The notes beneath the pieces are model-generated. The model made no database searches. It saw nothing but the letters and a program-made list of their open reading frames with translations, and was not told where the DNA came from. This document shows positions 52,352 through 64,000 of a stretch of 64,000 bases of DNA, piece by piece (the stretch's first letter is position 1; the number at the start of each line of letters is the position of its first letter). Origin of the DNA: an uncultured Acidobacteriota bacterium (lineage in GTDB: Bacteria > Acidobacteriota > Vicinamibacteria > Fen-336); the NCBI GenBank assembly GCA_963740655.1, contig CAVUFF010000010.1, forward strand, positions 29,361 to 93,360. The letters are read 5' to 3'. The position numbers and the translations under genes were made by a program.

Positions 52352-54421
52352 GTGCGGCTCGCGCGCACGCTCGCCGCCGTCGCGCTGGCGCTGTCGCTTT
52401 TCGCTGCCGCCCCGGCGCGAGCCGACAAGAAGCTCGACGAGGCGGTCGCCAAGGCCGAGGAGCAGCTCGCCAAGGGCAAGGAAGCCGAGGCCGTCAAGAC
52501 CCTCCAGAAGGCGGCGTCGCAGGCGCCGCGCGACCCCGAGGCGCCCCTCGCGCTCGCGTCGCTGCTGTCGCGGCTGGGCAAGCTGGACGACGCGCGCGTC
52601 GCTCTCGGCCGGGCCGCGGAGCTGAGCCCGGGTGCTACGCCCCCGCTGCGGGCGCGCGTGCTCACGGCCCGCTCGTCGCTCGAGCTGCGCACGGGGCAGG
52701 CTGCCGACGCATTGAAGCTCGCCCGCCAGGCGGTCGAGGCCGAAGCGGGCGCCGAGGCGCTGGGCGCGCTCGCGCGCGCGGAGGCGCGCCTCGGTGATCC
52801 CGCCGCGCGCGCGACGGCGGAGAAGGCGGTCCGCGCCTGGGCCTCCTCGCCCGGCGCGTTCGTCGCGCAGGGCGACGCGCTGCTCGCCGCGCGGCTCGCC
52901 CGCGACGCGGAGGCGGCCTACTCCCGCGCGCTCGCGCTCCAGCCGAGGTCCGCGCCCGCCGGCGCCGGGCTCGCGCGCGCTCTCGCGGCCCAGGGAAAGG
53001 CCGCGCCGGCGGCGGAGGCGGCGCGCGCCGCGGTCCAGGCCGACGCGCACTCGGGCGAGGCGCAGGCCGCGCTCGCGGTCGCGCTGCTCGCCCACGATCC
53101 GCTCGACAAGGCCAACGAGTCGGCGGCGGCGGCGCAGCAGGCGGGCTTCCTCGAGCCCAGGAACCCGCTCGTCAAGCTCACGCTCGGGCAGGTGTTCGAG
53201 AGCCGGGGCCAGCTCGACCAGGCGAACGCCGCCTACACCGAGGCGGCGGGCCTCGACACCAGCTGGCCGGCGCCGCGCGTGGCGATGCTGTCGCTCCAGC
53301 AGCGCGGCGGCGACGCCGACGGCGCGCTCGCCGGCGTGCGCGCGCTGCCGGACGAGCTCAGGCGCTCCGGCGAGGCGCAGCTGCTGCTCGGCCGCCTGCT
53401 GCTCAAGAAGGGCGACGCACCCGACGCGGCCAAGGCGGCGCTCGACCGGGCGGTGGCCGCGCTGCCGGGCCTCGCCGAGGCGCAGGCCGCGCTCGGCACC
53501 GCGGCCTACAACGTCGGCGAGCTGACGCAGGCCGCCGACGCCTACGGCCGCGCCGTGGCGCTCGAGCCCGACAACCTCGGCTACCAGTCGAACCACGGCC
53601 TCTTCCTGGGCTATGACGACCGCCTCGAGCAGGGACTGGCGGTGCTCAAGAAGCTCACCGACCGCCCCGACTTCAAGGACCCGGGGCCCTTCGTCAACCT
53701 CGGCTGGGTCTACCGCCACCTCGAGCCGCCGAAGGTCGCGGAGGCCGTCGCCGCGTACGAGAAGGCGTTGAAGCTCGACCCGAAGAGCGGGCAGGCCGCG
53801 CTCGGGATCGCGCTCAGCTACCGCGCGGGGCGGCAGTGGGAGCGCGCCGTGAACGCCTACGTGCGCGTCGCGCAGGTCGACAAGCGCCTGGAGGGCGAAG
53901 CCTCGGTCGGCACGGCCTGGTGCTACTACCGCGCCGGGGACCTCGAGCGGACGCGCTTCTACACGGGCGTCGCGGCGCGCCAGGGGGCGGACGTGCGCGG
54001 CCTGCGCAACGCCCTCACCAAGGCGCAGTCGAAGCCGGCCGGCGCGGCGGCGCCGGGCCCGGCGCGCCAGAAGGAGGACGACCTCGCCGAGCTGGTCGAC
54101 CGCCTCGGCTCGAAGGACCCGGGCCTCCAGGCGCGCGCCGTGAAGAGCCTGCTCGCGATCGGCAGGCCCGCGGTGCCCTACCTCGCCTACGCGCTGCGCG
54201 AGCCGGGCAAGAGCATCGCCGTGCGCGAGGCGATCGTCGAGGGCCTCGGTCGCATGGGACCGGCCGCGCGGGACGCGCTTCCCCAGCTCGACCAGCTCGT
54301 CAAGGCCGGCCCGCCGGATCCGAGCTTCAAGGAAACGGCCGAGGAGATGGACAAGAAGGGGCGCGAGGCGCAGCTCATCACGGCGATGCAGGCGGCGAGC
54401 GCGAAGATCCGCGCGAAGTGA
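52352..54421 (+). CDS. Secreted TPR-repeat protein with C-terminal HEAT-like repeats
   Basis: 689 aa, GTG start, signal 'MRLARTLAAVALALSLFAAAPARA'. TPR-like units include 'AYSRALALQPRSA', 'AYGRAVALEPDNLGY' and 'AYEKALKLDPKSGQA'. C-terminal 'GSKDPGLQARAVKSLLAIGRPAVPYL..AVREAIVEGLGRMGPAA'. Confidence 0.75.
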   Translation: MRLARTLAAVALALSLFAAAPARADKKLDEAVAKAEEQLAKGKEAEAVKTLQKAASQAPRDPEAPLALASLLSRLGKLDDARVALGRAAELSPGATPPLRARVLTARSSLELRTGQAADALKLARQAVEAEAGAEALGALARAEARLGDPAARATAEKAVRAWASSPGAFVAQGDALLAARLARDAEAAYSRALALQPRSAPAGAGLARALAAQGKAAPAAEAARAAVQADAHSGEAQAALAVALLAHDPLDKANESAAAAQQAGFLEPRNPLVKLTLGQVFESRGQLDQANAAYTEAAGLDTSWPAPRVAMLSLQQRGGDADGALAGVRALPDELRRSGEAQLLLGRLLLKKGDAPDAAKAALDRAVAALPGLAEAQAALGTAAYNVGELTQAADAYGRAVALEPDNLGYQSNHGLFLGYDDRLEQGLAVLKKLTDRPDFKDPGPFVNLGWVYRHLEPPKVAEAVAAYEKALKLDPKSGQAALGIALSYRAGRQWERAVNAYVRVAQVDKRLEGEASVGTAWCYYRAGDLERTRFYTGVAARQGADVRGLRNALTKAQSKPAGAAAPGPARQKEDDLAELVDRLGSKDPGLQARAVKSLLAIGRPAVPYLAYALREPGKSIAVREAIVEGLGRMGPAARDALPQLDQLVKAGPPDPSFKETAEEMDKKGREAQLITAMQAASAKIRAK

Positions 54422-55805
54422 TCAGCCGCCGGCGTAGTAGCCCTTGCGGGCGCGCGGCGTCGTGTCGGGCTTGTCGACCTCGACCCGGATCTCGTGCCAG
54501 CCGCGCTTGGCCTCGGGTGGCTCGTAGCCGAGCAGGTAGCGGTGGCGCAGCGTCATGGCGATCGACTCGACCGCCTGCTTGAGCCGGTCGCCACCGGGCA
54601 GGTCGTCCCCGGGCGCGTAGTGCTCGCAACCCTTTGACGATCTCCGCCCGCCCGCCGGTGTCGTCCGCGAGCTCCACGAGCGGCCGGTCGTCGAACGCCC
54701 TGCGTCCCGGGATCGCGCCGCGGTGGCCGCCGCCAGGGCCGTAGCCGCCGGGGCTCCCGCCCCCCGGCCAGCCCCCGCGCCCGCCGCCGCCGCCCGGCCA
54801 GCCGCCGCGTCCCGGACCGCCCGGCCAGGGCGGTCGGCCGGCGCCAGGGCCGCCGGTGATCGGCGGCGGCACGAAGATGCCGTCGAGCGCGCCGCCGCTG
54901 TCGAGGCCGATCGAGAACACCGGCACCTCCTTGCGCCGCGCGAACTCGCGCAGGTCGTCGAAGGCCACCGTGCTCGCGGTGTCGACGCCGTCCGTCACCA
55001 GCACGATCGCCTTGCTCTCGGCCGGGCCCGTGGCGACGCGCCGGATCGACTCGAACGCCGCGTCGTAGAGCGCCGTGCCCCCGCCCACCTCCAGGTTGTC
55101 GATCGTGCGCGCGAGCAGCTGGCGGTCGGCGGTGAAATCCTGCACGATCCGCAGCCGGTCGCTGAAGGTCATCACCAGGATCTCGTCGGCCGGCTCCAGC
55201 AGGTCGACGAAGTGGCGAAGCGCCTCCTCCACCTGCCGGATCTTGTTGTCCATGCTGCGGCTGGTGTCGAGCGCCAGCGCGAGACGCAACGGGCGGCGCT
55301 CGCCGCTGAAGAGCGTGACCCCCTGGCGCTTGCCGTCCTCGGAGATCTTGAAGTCCTGGTCGCGCAGCCCCAGCACCGGCTGGCCCTTCGCGTCGAGCAC
55401 CGACACCGGCACGCGCACCGTGCGGGTGGCGACCGCGAAGGTCAGTTCCTTGCCGTCCAGCGGCGTCACGACCACTCCCGGGGCGTAGGCGCTCGGCGGC
55501 GGAGTCGGGAGCGCCTGGGTCGCCGCCTGCGGCGCGGGCGCGACGCGCCGGATCGCGACCATCAGCGTCTCGCTCGCGCCCGCCTCGCGCAGTGCGGTCT
55601 CGCGGGCGGCGTCGAGCGGCTCGCCGAAGCCGCGGTTCTGTAGCTCGGTCAGGATCGTCGGCTCGCTGATGCCGGCCTTCAGGAAGCGTACGACGTCCGC
55701 GGCGCTGAGCGCGGGGTCGGCGCGCACCCCGACCGACATCGTCACGAGGAGAAGAGCGGCCGCGCTCCTGCCCACGGTCACCTCGAGGACGCCCCCGACA
55801 GGCAT
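54422..55805 (-). pseudogene. von Willebrand factor A (VWA) domain protein, secreted, 1 frameshift
   Basis: 'LRLALALDTSRSM' (MIDAS DxSxS), 'GGGTALYDA' and 'AIVLVTDGVDTAS'. The frame changes near 54626, and the true C-terminus 'EHYAPGDDLPGGDRLKQAVESIAMTLRHRYLLGYEPPEAKRGWHEIRVEVDKPDTTPRARKGYYAGG*' stops at 54422-54424. Length is 3n+1. Confidence 0.75.
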
Positions 55806-56003
55806 TCTGGCACCGGCCCCCGGACGGCCGGAGTCAAGAATCCTTGTCCGAGCGAGTTATTACATTCCTGACAGTTGCAAACGCCGCCTCCCGCGTCGGA
55901 CTCGTCGCGTCAGGCTCGACGCGGCAGGCACGCGGCTTGCCCTTTCCGCCTGGCGGAGGCGGAAGATGTCCGCTTTCGTGCCGCTCCGAGAGAGGATGAG
56001 CTC

Positions 56004-56414
56004 GTGAACGAGGACGTCGCCGAGCCGATGAACCAGGACATCGCCGAGGCCGAGGGCGAGAGCCGCCTCCTCGGACGGCTGGACCACGCGCTGCGAGGCC
56101 TGCGTCCCACCACCCCCGCGGGCGGCCCGGCGCCGGCGAGCCCGGCGCCGAAGCGTACGGCGCTCGCGCTCGCGCTCGGTGTGGCGCACCTGAACGCGGG
56201 GACGCTCGAGGCCGCCGAGCGCGAGCTGCGCGACGCGCTCGCGTCCGATCCCGCGAGCGCCGAGGCTCACGAGAACCTCGCGCTCGCGCTGGCGCGCCTC
56301 GGCCGCCTCGACGACGCCGAGAACCAGCTGCGCGCGGCCGCGGCCGCCGGGGCGTCCGTGTCCCCGCGCGTCCGCGAGGAGATCGCGAGGCTGCGGGCCG
56401 CGCTCGAGCTCTGA
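56004..56414 (+). CDS. Small TPR-like protein (hypothetical)
   Basis: 'ALGVAHLNAGTLEAAERELRDALASDPASAEAHENLALALARLGRLDDAE' is TPR-like. The start is uncertain: GTG 56004 after GAGAGGA, ATG 56028, or the track start at 55875. Confidence 0.4.
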   Translation: MNEDVAEPMNQDIAEAEGESRLLGRLDHALRGLRPTTPAGGPAPASPAPKRTALALALGVAHLNAGTLEAAERELRDALASDPASAEAHENLALALARLGRLDDAENQLRAAAAAGASVSPRVREEIARLRAALEL

Positions 56415-56427
56415 GAGAGCCCCGGCG

Positions 56428-56727
56428 CTAGCCCCCGGCCACCAGCGACCAGGGGCGGCTCACGTAGTCGGTGAGCAGCAGGAACAGCAGGATCGCCAGG
56501 AACACCAGGCTCGAGGCGATCACCACGTGCGTCAGGCGCTCGCTGTAGCGCGCGTGCATGAAGTAGAGCACCACCAGCGTCGCCTTGGTGATCGCGACCG
56601 CGAGCGCCACCACCAGGTTCAACTCGCCAAAGTCGTAGCCCGCCACCAGCACCGTGGCCACGGTGAGCGTGACGAGCGCCAGGAATACGCCGAGGTATAC
56701 CTTCCAGGACACGACGTGGTGGCTCAT
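56428..56727 (-). CDS. Cytochrome c oxidase subunit IV (COX4_pro type)
   Basis: 99 aa '[47 protein letters not shown]'. Its ATG overlaps the coxIII stop (TGATG). Confidence 0.8.
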   Translation of the reverse strand: MSHHVVSWKVYLGVFLALVTLTVATVLVAGYDFGELNLVVALAVAITKATLVVLYFMHARYSERLTHVVIASSLVFLAILLFLLLTDYVSRPWSLVAGG

Positions 56728-57426
56728 CAGTGGTGCCCGATCAGGTAGAGCAGCGGGAACAGGAAGATCCACACGATGTCGACGAAGTGCCAGTAGAGCC
56801 CGACGAGCTCCACCGGCGTGTGGTACTCGGGGCCGTAGCGGCCCTTCCAGGCCAGGAACGCGATCGTGAGCAGGATCGGCACGCCGATGATCATGTGCAG
56901 CGCGTGCAGCCCCGTCATCGCGAAGTAGAGCGAGAAGAAGATCTGCGTCTCGCCCGCGGAAGCACCCGTGGCGTGGAGCGCGTGCGCGTCGAAGCGCGCG
57001 CCCGGCAGCAGGCAGCCCGCGTGCGAGCCGTCGCCCAGGCAGGGCCTGATCTTCTCGCCGTACTCGAAGTACTTGACGCCCAGGAACACCGAGCCCAGCA
57101 GGATCGTCGCCAGGATGAAGCCCACGACGCGGTTCTTCCTGCCGATCGCCGCGGAGTAGACGCCCAGCGCCATCGTCAGGCTCGAGCCGATCAGCACCAG
57201 CGTGTTGAAGAAGCCGATCTTCCAGTCGAGGTGGTGGCTGCCGAGCGAGAACGCCTCGGGGTACTGCGAGCGGTAGACCGTGTAGGCCCCGAACAGCCCG
57301 CCGAAGAACAGGATCTCCTGCGCGATGAACACCCACATCCCGAGCGTCGAGGCGGCGCGCTGCTGCTCGAGGCTCGTGAAGTGGTGCTGCAGCGCTGCGG
57401 GATGCGCCTCGGCCGCGTGGGCGAGA

Positions 57427-57437
<11 letters not shown>
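56727..57437 (-). CDS. ctaE: Cytochrome c oxidase subunit III
   Basis: 236 aa from GTG 57437. '[21 protein letters not shown]', '[18 protein letters not shown]' and '[21 protein letters not shown]'. It overlaps the coxI end by 11 nt. Confidence 0.9.
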
Positions 57438-59054
<1,617 letters not shown>

Positions 59055-59058
<4 letters not shown>

Positions 59059-60053
59059 CGGCTGGTTGCTCCGCTCGCTGGCGCCCGCGCGGGGGTGCGG
59101 GCCGGGTTCGGCGACGCCGGAGTCGGCACGCGCAGCGACTCGATGTAGGCGATGAGCGCGAGGATCTGCTCCTCGTTCACCTGGCCCTGGAAGGTCGGCA
59201 TCACCGGCTGGTAGCCCGCGACCACCTTGGCCGCCGGCAACAGGATCGACTCGCGCACGTAGGCTGCGTCCGCAACGATCTGCTCCCCGCTCGCGAGCGT
59301 GACGTTGCGCCCGAAGAGGCCGCGCAGCACGGGGCCGCGGCCGGCGTCGTCCATGCGGTGGCAGGTGATGCAGTTGAGGTCGGTGAAGAGCTTCTCGCCG
59401 AGCAGCACCGGCGACTCGGGCGTCGGGCCGCCGGAGAGCCAGACCTGGTAGTCCTCGGGCTCCAGGACCACAACGCGCCCGATCATCCGCGAGTGCTCGG
59501 TGCCGCAGTACTCGGCGCAGAACAGGTGATACGAGCCGGTCTTGGTGGCGCGGAACCAGGCGAGGTTGTAGCGGCCGGGCACCGCGTCCTTCTTGATGCG
59601 GAACGCCGGCACGTAGAAGCTGTGGATCGTGTCCTCGGAGGTGATCACGAGCTTCACCGCGCGCCCGACCGGGACGTGCAGCTCGTTCACCTCGCGCTGC
59701 CCGGTCGGGTGCTGCAGCTTCCACATCCAGCGCTTGCCCACGACGCTCACCGTCATCGCGTCGTCGGGCGGGCGGTTCAGGTGGAAGAACACCTTCGCCC
59801 CCCACGCGAACATCGCGCACATCAGCAGGAACGGGATGACGGTCCAGGTGAGCTCGAGCAGCAGCGAGCCGTGGATCATGCCCGGCCGCTCGTCGTCGGA
59901 GCGGCGCCGGTAGCGGATCGCGAAGTACAAGAGCGCGATCCAGATCCCGATCGCGGCGATCCCGGTGACGCCGAGGATGAACAGGAAGAGGGCGTCGACC
60001 TCGCCGGCGACGGAGGAGGCGCGCTCGGGCGCCAGCGGGAATGCGGGGCTCAT
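59055..60053 (-). CDS. ctaC: Cytochrome c oxidase subunit II with C-terminal cytochrome c domain (caa3-type)
   Basis: 332 aa, intact. CuA ligands 'TIHSF' and 'CAEYCGTEHSRM'. Haem c motif 'CITCH'. ATGA overlaps at both ends (60050-60053 and 59055-59058). Confidence 0.9.
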
Positions 60054-60895
60054 CGTTCTCCGGTGGTCCGCGCGCGCGGCTCGCCCTGCGCCTTGCGCGC
60101 CATGCTCGCGGTCAGGATGAAGGCGGCAAGGCCGAGCACGGTCAGCACGCCGAGCAGGCGCACCAGGTTGAGGATCGAGGCGCTGAAGCGGCCCGCCTGC
60201 GGGTCGTAGCGGTAGCAGTAGAGCAGCAGCTGGTCGGCGGCGCTCCCGATCCGGCCGCCCGCGGCGGCGACGAGCGCGAGCCGCAGATCGTTCGGGCGAG
60301 TACTCGACGCCGAACAGGTAGTGCGAGACGTGCCCCTCGGGCGAGAGGACCACGACCCCCGCCGGGTGCGCGAACTGCCGGGTCTGCTCGTCCCAGACGT
60401 AGCGGAAGCCGACCGCGCGCGTGAGGCCGCGATCGACTCCGCCGGCCCCGTCAGGAAGTGCCAGCCGCTCTGCGCGCCCGGGCGCTTGTAGCGCGCAGGT
60501 ACGACCTTCTTCTTCGCCGCGGCGAGCGCGGGCGTCTCCTTCGGGTCGAAGCTCACCGTCACGACCTCGAACTCCTGGCCGGGCACGAACGAGAGCACCT
60601 CGAGCGCGGCGCTCAGCCCGTTCAGGCTGAGCGTGCAGAGCATCGGGCAGCCGTAGTAGACGAGGCTCAGCACGACCGGCTTCGAGCCGAAGTAGTCGCC
60701 GAGCTTGACGGCGCGGCCCGTCTCGTCGGTGAAGGCGAGCTCGAGCGGGACGCTCCCGCCCAGGTGCTGGTCGAAGCCGATCTGCGGCAGGACACTCGGC
60801 GTGGCCGGAGGCGGCGGCGGCACCGCCCCCATCTGCGCGGACGCGAGCGCCGGCGCGAGCAAGAGCAGCAGGGCGAGCGGCAGGGCGCGCCTCAC
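60050..60895 (-). pseudogene. SCO1/SenC copper chaperone, 2 compensating frameshifts (-1 then +1)
   Basis: GTG 60895 in a GTGA overlap. 'KPVVLSLVYYGCPMLCTLSLNG' (CxxxC) and 'VTVSFDPKETP'. The middle segment 'LTRAVGFRYVWDEQTRQFAHPAGVVVLSPEGHVSHYLFGVEYS' is in another frame between about 60427 and about 60293. C-terminal TM helix. Length is 3n. Confidence 0.8.
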
Positions 60896-61338
60896 CGGCC
60901 TGCCTGCTTGCCGGCAGCCGCCGCCGGCTGGGGCGCCGAAGCGGCGGCGGGCGTCCCGGCCGCGGGCGCGAACTTCGGCAGGCCGTGCTCGGCCACGATC
61001 CGCATCGCGTCCTCGATCGGGATGCGCGCCAGGCCCTTGTCCTTCTCGACCCAGCCGTAGCTCGAGAGCAGCGCCTCCTCCTGCGCGCGGAACGCGGCGA
61101 GCGCCAGCGGCTCGGAGATCACGAGCCTCGGGAAGCTCTGCGCCGGCTCGCTCATGTCGGTCCTGACCGCCCCGGCCGGCGGCGGCTGCGCCTTCGTCTC
61201 CCACCGCGCGAGCAGCCGGTAGACCGGGACGAGGCCGAGCGCCGTCAGCACCATCGCCGCCAGGATCGCGAGGCCGGCGCGGTAGCTGCCGCCCGCGTCG
61301 GCGTCGGTCCGCTCGTAGCCGCCGGGATCGTGGCTCAT
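60892..61338 (-). CDS. Single-TM hypothetical protein in the ACIII-cox operon (ActG-position protein?)
   Basis: 148 aa with a TM helix 'AGLAILAAMVLTALGLVPVY', then 'LSSYGWVEKDKGLARIPIEDAMRIVAEHGLP'. It starts 3 nt after the actF stop. The ActG assignment is a guess from position only. Confidence 0.5.
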   Translation of the reverse strand: MSHDPGGYERTDADAGGSYRAGLAILAAMVLTALGLVPVYRLLARWETKAQPPPAGAVRTDMSEPAQSFPRLVISEPLALAAFRAQEEALLSSYGWVEKDKGLARIPIEDAMRIVAEHGLPKFAPAAGTPAAASAPQPAAAAGKQAGR

Positions 61339-61341
61339 GGG

Positions 61342-62533
61342 CTAGTGAGCCTCAGCCTGGGCGACCACGCCGCCGAGCTCGGGCTCGCCCGCCGGCAGCA
61401 GCGGCGCCGCGAGCGCCTGGCGCGTGAAGAGCGCGAGCCACACGCCGCCCAGGCCGACGAAGCTGGCGGCGTCCATCCAATGGAGGCGCAGCGGCACCTC
61501 GCCCTCGCCGTGGGCGACGAGGTCCGGCGCCACGAGCCAGAAGAGATCCGCCATCTGCATCACGAGCATGAGGGCGGCGACGGTCGCCAGCGCGCGCGCG
61601 TTGCGCTTGAGCGGGCGCGAGAGCAAGAGCGCGAAGGGCAGCGCGAAGTGGAACACCAGCAGCAGCACGGCGACCCCGCCCCACGCGCCGTGGAGGCGGT
61701 GGACGTAGAAGGGCGTCTCCTCGCTGACGTTGCCCGACCAGGTGATCAGGAACTGCGAGAAGTTCACGTAGCCCCAGAGCATCGTGAACGTCAGCAGCAG
61801 CTTGCCGAGGTCGTGTACCGTCACCGGCTGGAGCGCGCTGCGGAACGGCTCCTCGTCCGCGAGCCGCGCCATCAGCAGGATCGTGAGCGAGAGCGCCGAG
61901 AGCCCCGCGCTCACGATGAACAGCACCCCGTAGATGGTGGAGAACCAGTGCGGCGCGAGCGACATGCCCCAGTCGACCGATGCGAACGGTGGCCGAGAGG
62001 AACAGCAGCACGATCCCGATGGCCGACAGCCCGCGCAGCGACGCGGCCCGCGCGGCGCTCGGCGCGCCGTCCTGCATCCGCGACCAGGAGCTGAGCCGGT
62101 AGGCGAGGCCGCTCCAGAGCACGAAGTAGAAGACCGCCCGCAGCAGGAAGAACGGCACGTTGAGGTAGGGCGCCTTGGCCTGGAGCAGCGCGTCCTCCGC
62201 CAACGCCTCCGGCTTCGCCCACAGGTAGAGCGAGGAGGCGCCGAGCGCGATCGGGACGAAGCCGAGCGCGAGCGCCGGGAAGGTGCGCGCGGCCGCTTCG
62301 TGGAAGCGGCGCGGCACGATGCCCCAGAGTCCGCCCGTCAGGTGGCTGAGCATGGAGAGGCCCAGAGCCCCCACGGCGACCTCGACCCAGAACAGGTAGC
62401 CGAGCAGGTACGAGCGGAAGAACTGCGCGCGGTCGAGCAGGAAGCCCGCGGCGAGCGCCAGCAGGAACGCTCCGCCCACGGCGAGGCTCTGCTTCTGGAG
62501 CCGCTCGAGCACGGCGCTGCGCGCGGGGCTCAC
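61342..62533 (-). pseudogene. actF: ACIII subunit ActF, 1 frameshift
   Basis: GTG 62533 in a GTGA overlap with the actE stop. 'LYLWAKPEALAEDALLQAKAPYLNVPFFLLRAVFYF'. The frame changes near 61975 ('LLFLSAT|FASVDWGMSLAPHWFSTIYG'). 'FSQFLITWSGNVSEETPFY'. Length is 3n+1. Confidence 0.8.
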
Positions 62534-63200
62534 GGGTGGTGCTCCTCGGCAGCAGCGGGGCCGCAGGCTGTGGTCGAGCTCGGCGCGCTTGTCCGCGGGA
62601 ACCGCCGAGGCCGGCGCGTACTGGCTGAACTGCAGCGTCCGCACGTAGGCGGCGATCGCCCAGCGGTCCGCGGGGACGATCTGCGCCGCGTAGTCCGGCA
62701 TCGCGCCGAAGCCGATCGTGATCACGTCGTAGAAGTAGCCGATCGGCATCTGGCGCAGTCGGTCGACGTGGTACGAGCTCGGCTTCTTGAAGCCGCGCTG
62801 CACGATCATGCCGTCGCCGCGGCCGGTGCGGCCGTGGCAGGGAGAGCAGAAGACCTGGAACCCGGTGCGGCCGCGCTCGAGCAGCTGCGGCGTCAGCTTG
62901 AACCGGCAGCTCGCTCACGAAGCCCTGCGCGTCCTTGCCGGTGAAGAAGGCGGCGTCCTCGCGCAGCGTGCCGCGCGCGACCGTGCCCTCGACGAGCGGG
63001 CGCGCCGAGCGCTTGTCGGCGAAGAACTCGCTCTCGCGCAGCGGCTTGTACTTGGGCTGGTCGTGCATGTCCTGCCGGCATGCCCCCGCGAGCGCGAGGA
63101 GGGATAGGGCGACGAGGCCGGACCGCGCCTTGCGCAGCGGCCTCGGAGCGCTCGCGGATCCGAGCCGGTCGTCGGTAAAGCACGTCGGCCCGTTCAGCAT
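62530..63200 (-). pseudogene. actE: ACIII subunit ActE (monohaem cytochrome c lipoprotein), 2 frameshifts
   Basis: ATG 63200. Lipobox 'LALAGAC'. The frame changes near 62890 ('SELPV|KLTPQLLERGRTGFQVFCSPCHG') and in a C4 run near 62560 ('SLRP|AAAEEHHP*'). Length is 3n+2. Confidence 0.8.
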
Positions 63201-63211
63201 TGCCCGGGTCC

Positions 63212-63747
63212 TCACGGCTGGACCTCCGACACTTCGTATGCTCCCAGCCCCTTCAGCAGTTCGCCTGTCTTCTCGAGGTCGAAGCGCGGATCGCGCGCCT
63301 CGATGCACAGGAAGAAGCGGTCGCGGCTCGCCGTCGCGAAGAGCTTCACGTTGAACACGGGGTGGTAGGGCTGCGGGAAGCCCGTTCAGCATCAGCATCC
63401 CGACCACCGTCGCGAGAGGCCGCGCCGAGCACGGTGGTCTCGAACGCGGGAACCACGAAGGCCGGCCAGGAGTATGAAGGGGCGCCCGCCGATGTTCAGC
63501 GGGTAGGCGATCACCGAGCACCAGTACTCGAGCCCGAAGCCCCGGCGAGGCCCAGCAGCCCGCCGGCGAGCGCGAGCTTGGGCACGTGCGTCTCGTGCAG
63601 GTGCAGCGCGTCGAGCACCTCCTCCATCGGGTAGGGCGTGTAGGCGTCGACCTTGCGGTAGCCCGCCGCGTGGACGCCGTGCGCCGCCTTCACGATCTCC
63701 TCGGGCGCGTGGAACTCGGCGAGCAGGCCGTAGAGCGGCGCGCTCAT
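63212..63747 (-). pseudogene. actD: ACIII subunit ActD (DUF3341), 4 frame changes
   Basis: '[44 protein letters not shown]'. Then '[21 protein letters not shown]', 'SWPAFVVPAFETTVLGAA', 'LATVVGMLMLNGLP' and 'QPYHPVFNVKLFATASRDRFFLCIEARDPRFD' fall in successive frames, changing at about 63541, 63475, 63418 and 63373. Length is 3n+2. Confidence 0.8.
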
Positions 63748-64000
63748 GCCTTCTTCTCCTCGCCCGCGGCCGCCGGCACGAGCGTCCGCATCTCGAAGAT
63801 CGAGATCGTGGGCAGGAAGCGGATGAAGAGGAAGAACAGCGTCAGGAACAGGCCGATCGTGCCGACGAACATCGACCAGTCCTAGAGCGTGCCGCGGTAG
63901 CATGCCCCACGACGACGGCAGGAAGTCGCGGTGCAGGCTGGTCACGACGATCACGAAACGCTCGAGCCACATGCCGACGCCCACGACCAGCGACGACCAG
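63744..64000 (-). pseudogene. actC: ACIII subunit ActC (NrfD-like), C-terminal part only; 1 frameshift and 1 in-frame TAG within the visible part
   Basis: '[24 protein letters not shown]' matches module-1 ActC. The frame changes near 63900. TAG at 63882-63884 aligns with Trp of the paralog ('YRGTL*DWSMF' against '[11 protein letters not shown]'). It ends '[16 protein letters not shown]' with an ATGA overlap onto actD. The 5' end is outside the window. Confidence 0.8.

Noticed and set aside
55806-56003. Possible sigma54 promoter (TGGCAC at about 55808) in the AT-richer spacer after the VWA gene
   Set aside because: The downstream element does not fit GG-N10-GC spacing or the TTGC consensus, and no enhancer-binding protein gene is nearby.

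Overview
Very GC-rich bacterial chromosomal window. Third codon positions are almost all G/C, so every frame carries long spurious ORFs. I called genes from recognisable protein motifs, RBSs and start/stop coupling, not ORF length. There are about 60 genes and I saw no rRNA, tRNA, CRISPR array or IS element.

The dominant theme is aerobic respiration, with three separate Alternative Complex III (ACIII)-related modules:
- Module 1 (11.5-19.5 kb, + strand): actC::actD fusion, actF, a cupredoxin, then an aa3-type oxidase (coxI-III-IV, two tiny membrane ORFs, a CoxII without cytochrome c). It has no actA, actB or actE.
- Module 2 (25.0-34.0 kb, - strand): actA, actB and an actE-like gene, then a cytochrome bd subunit-I (CydA)-like protein fused to cytochrome c, a membrane cytochrome c, and a dihaem cytochrome c with an EB_dh-like domain. 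It has no NrfD-type subunit.
- Module 3 (56.4-64.0 kb, - strand): canonical actC-D-E-F, a small membrane ORF, SCO1, and caa3-type coxII-I-III-IV. actAB presumably lie beyond the window end.

Other content: a TonB-receptor fragment, a wHTH-FHA regulator, a VapC/Phd toxin-antitoxin pair, a CRTAC1/FG-GAP protein, a ROK regulator next to sugar/polyol oxidoreductases, a D-aminoacylase, a CBM9/DUF5916 protein and an M16 peptidase. There is also a six-gene reductive pyrimidine/beta-alanine catabolic operon (37.8-45.8 kb), an orphan histidine kinase, a TAT-exported Gfo/Idh/MocA + TIM-barrel + SDR set, and TPR/HEAT and VWA proteins.

Main anomaly: by hand count there are about 46 reading-frame lesions, mostly a single extra base, plus three in-frame TAG codons. 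They cluster strongly at 37.8-45.8 kb and 57.4-64 kb, while 4-8 kb stretches elsewhere are flawless. I annotate the affected genes as pseudogenes or frame-disrupted, but uneven assembly polishing is at least as likely as real decay. The most interesting biology is module 2 (the ActAB wire joined to a CydA-like::cytochrome c fusion) and its apparent complementarity with the ActAB-less module 1.
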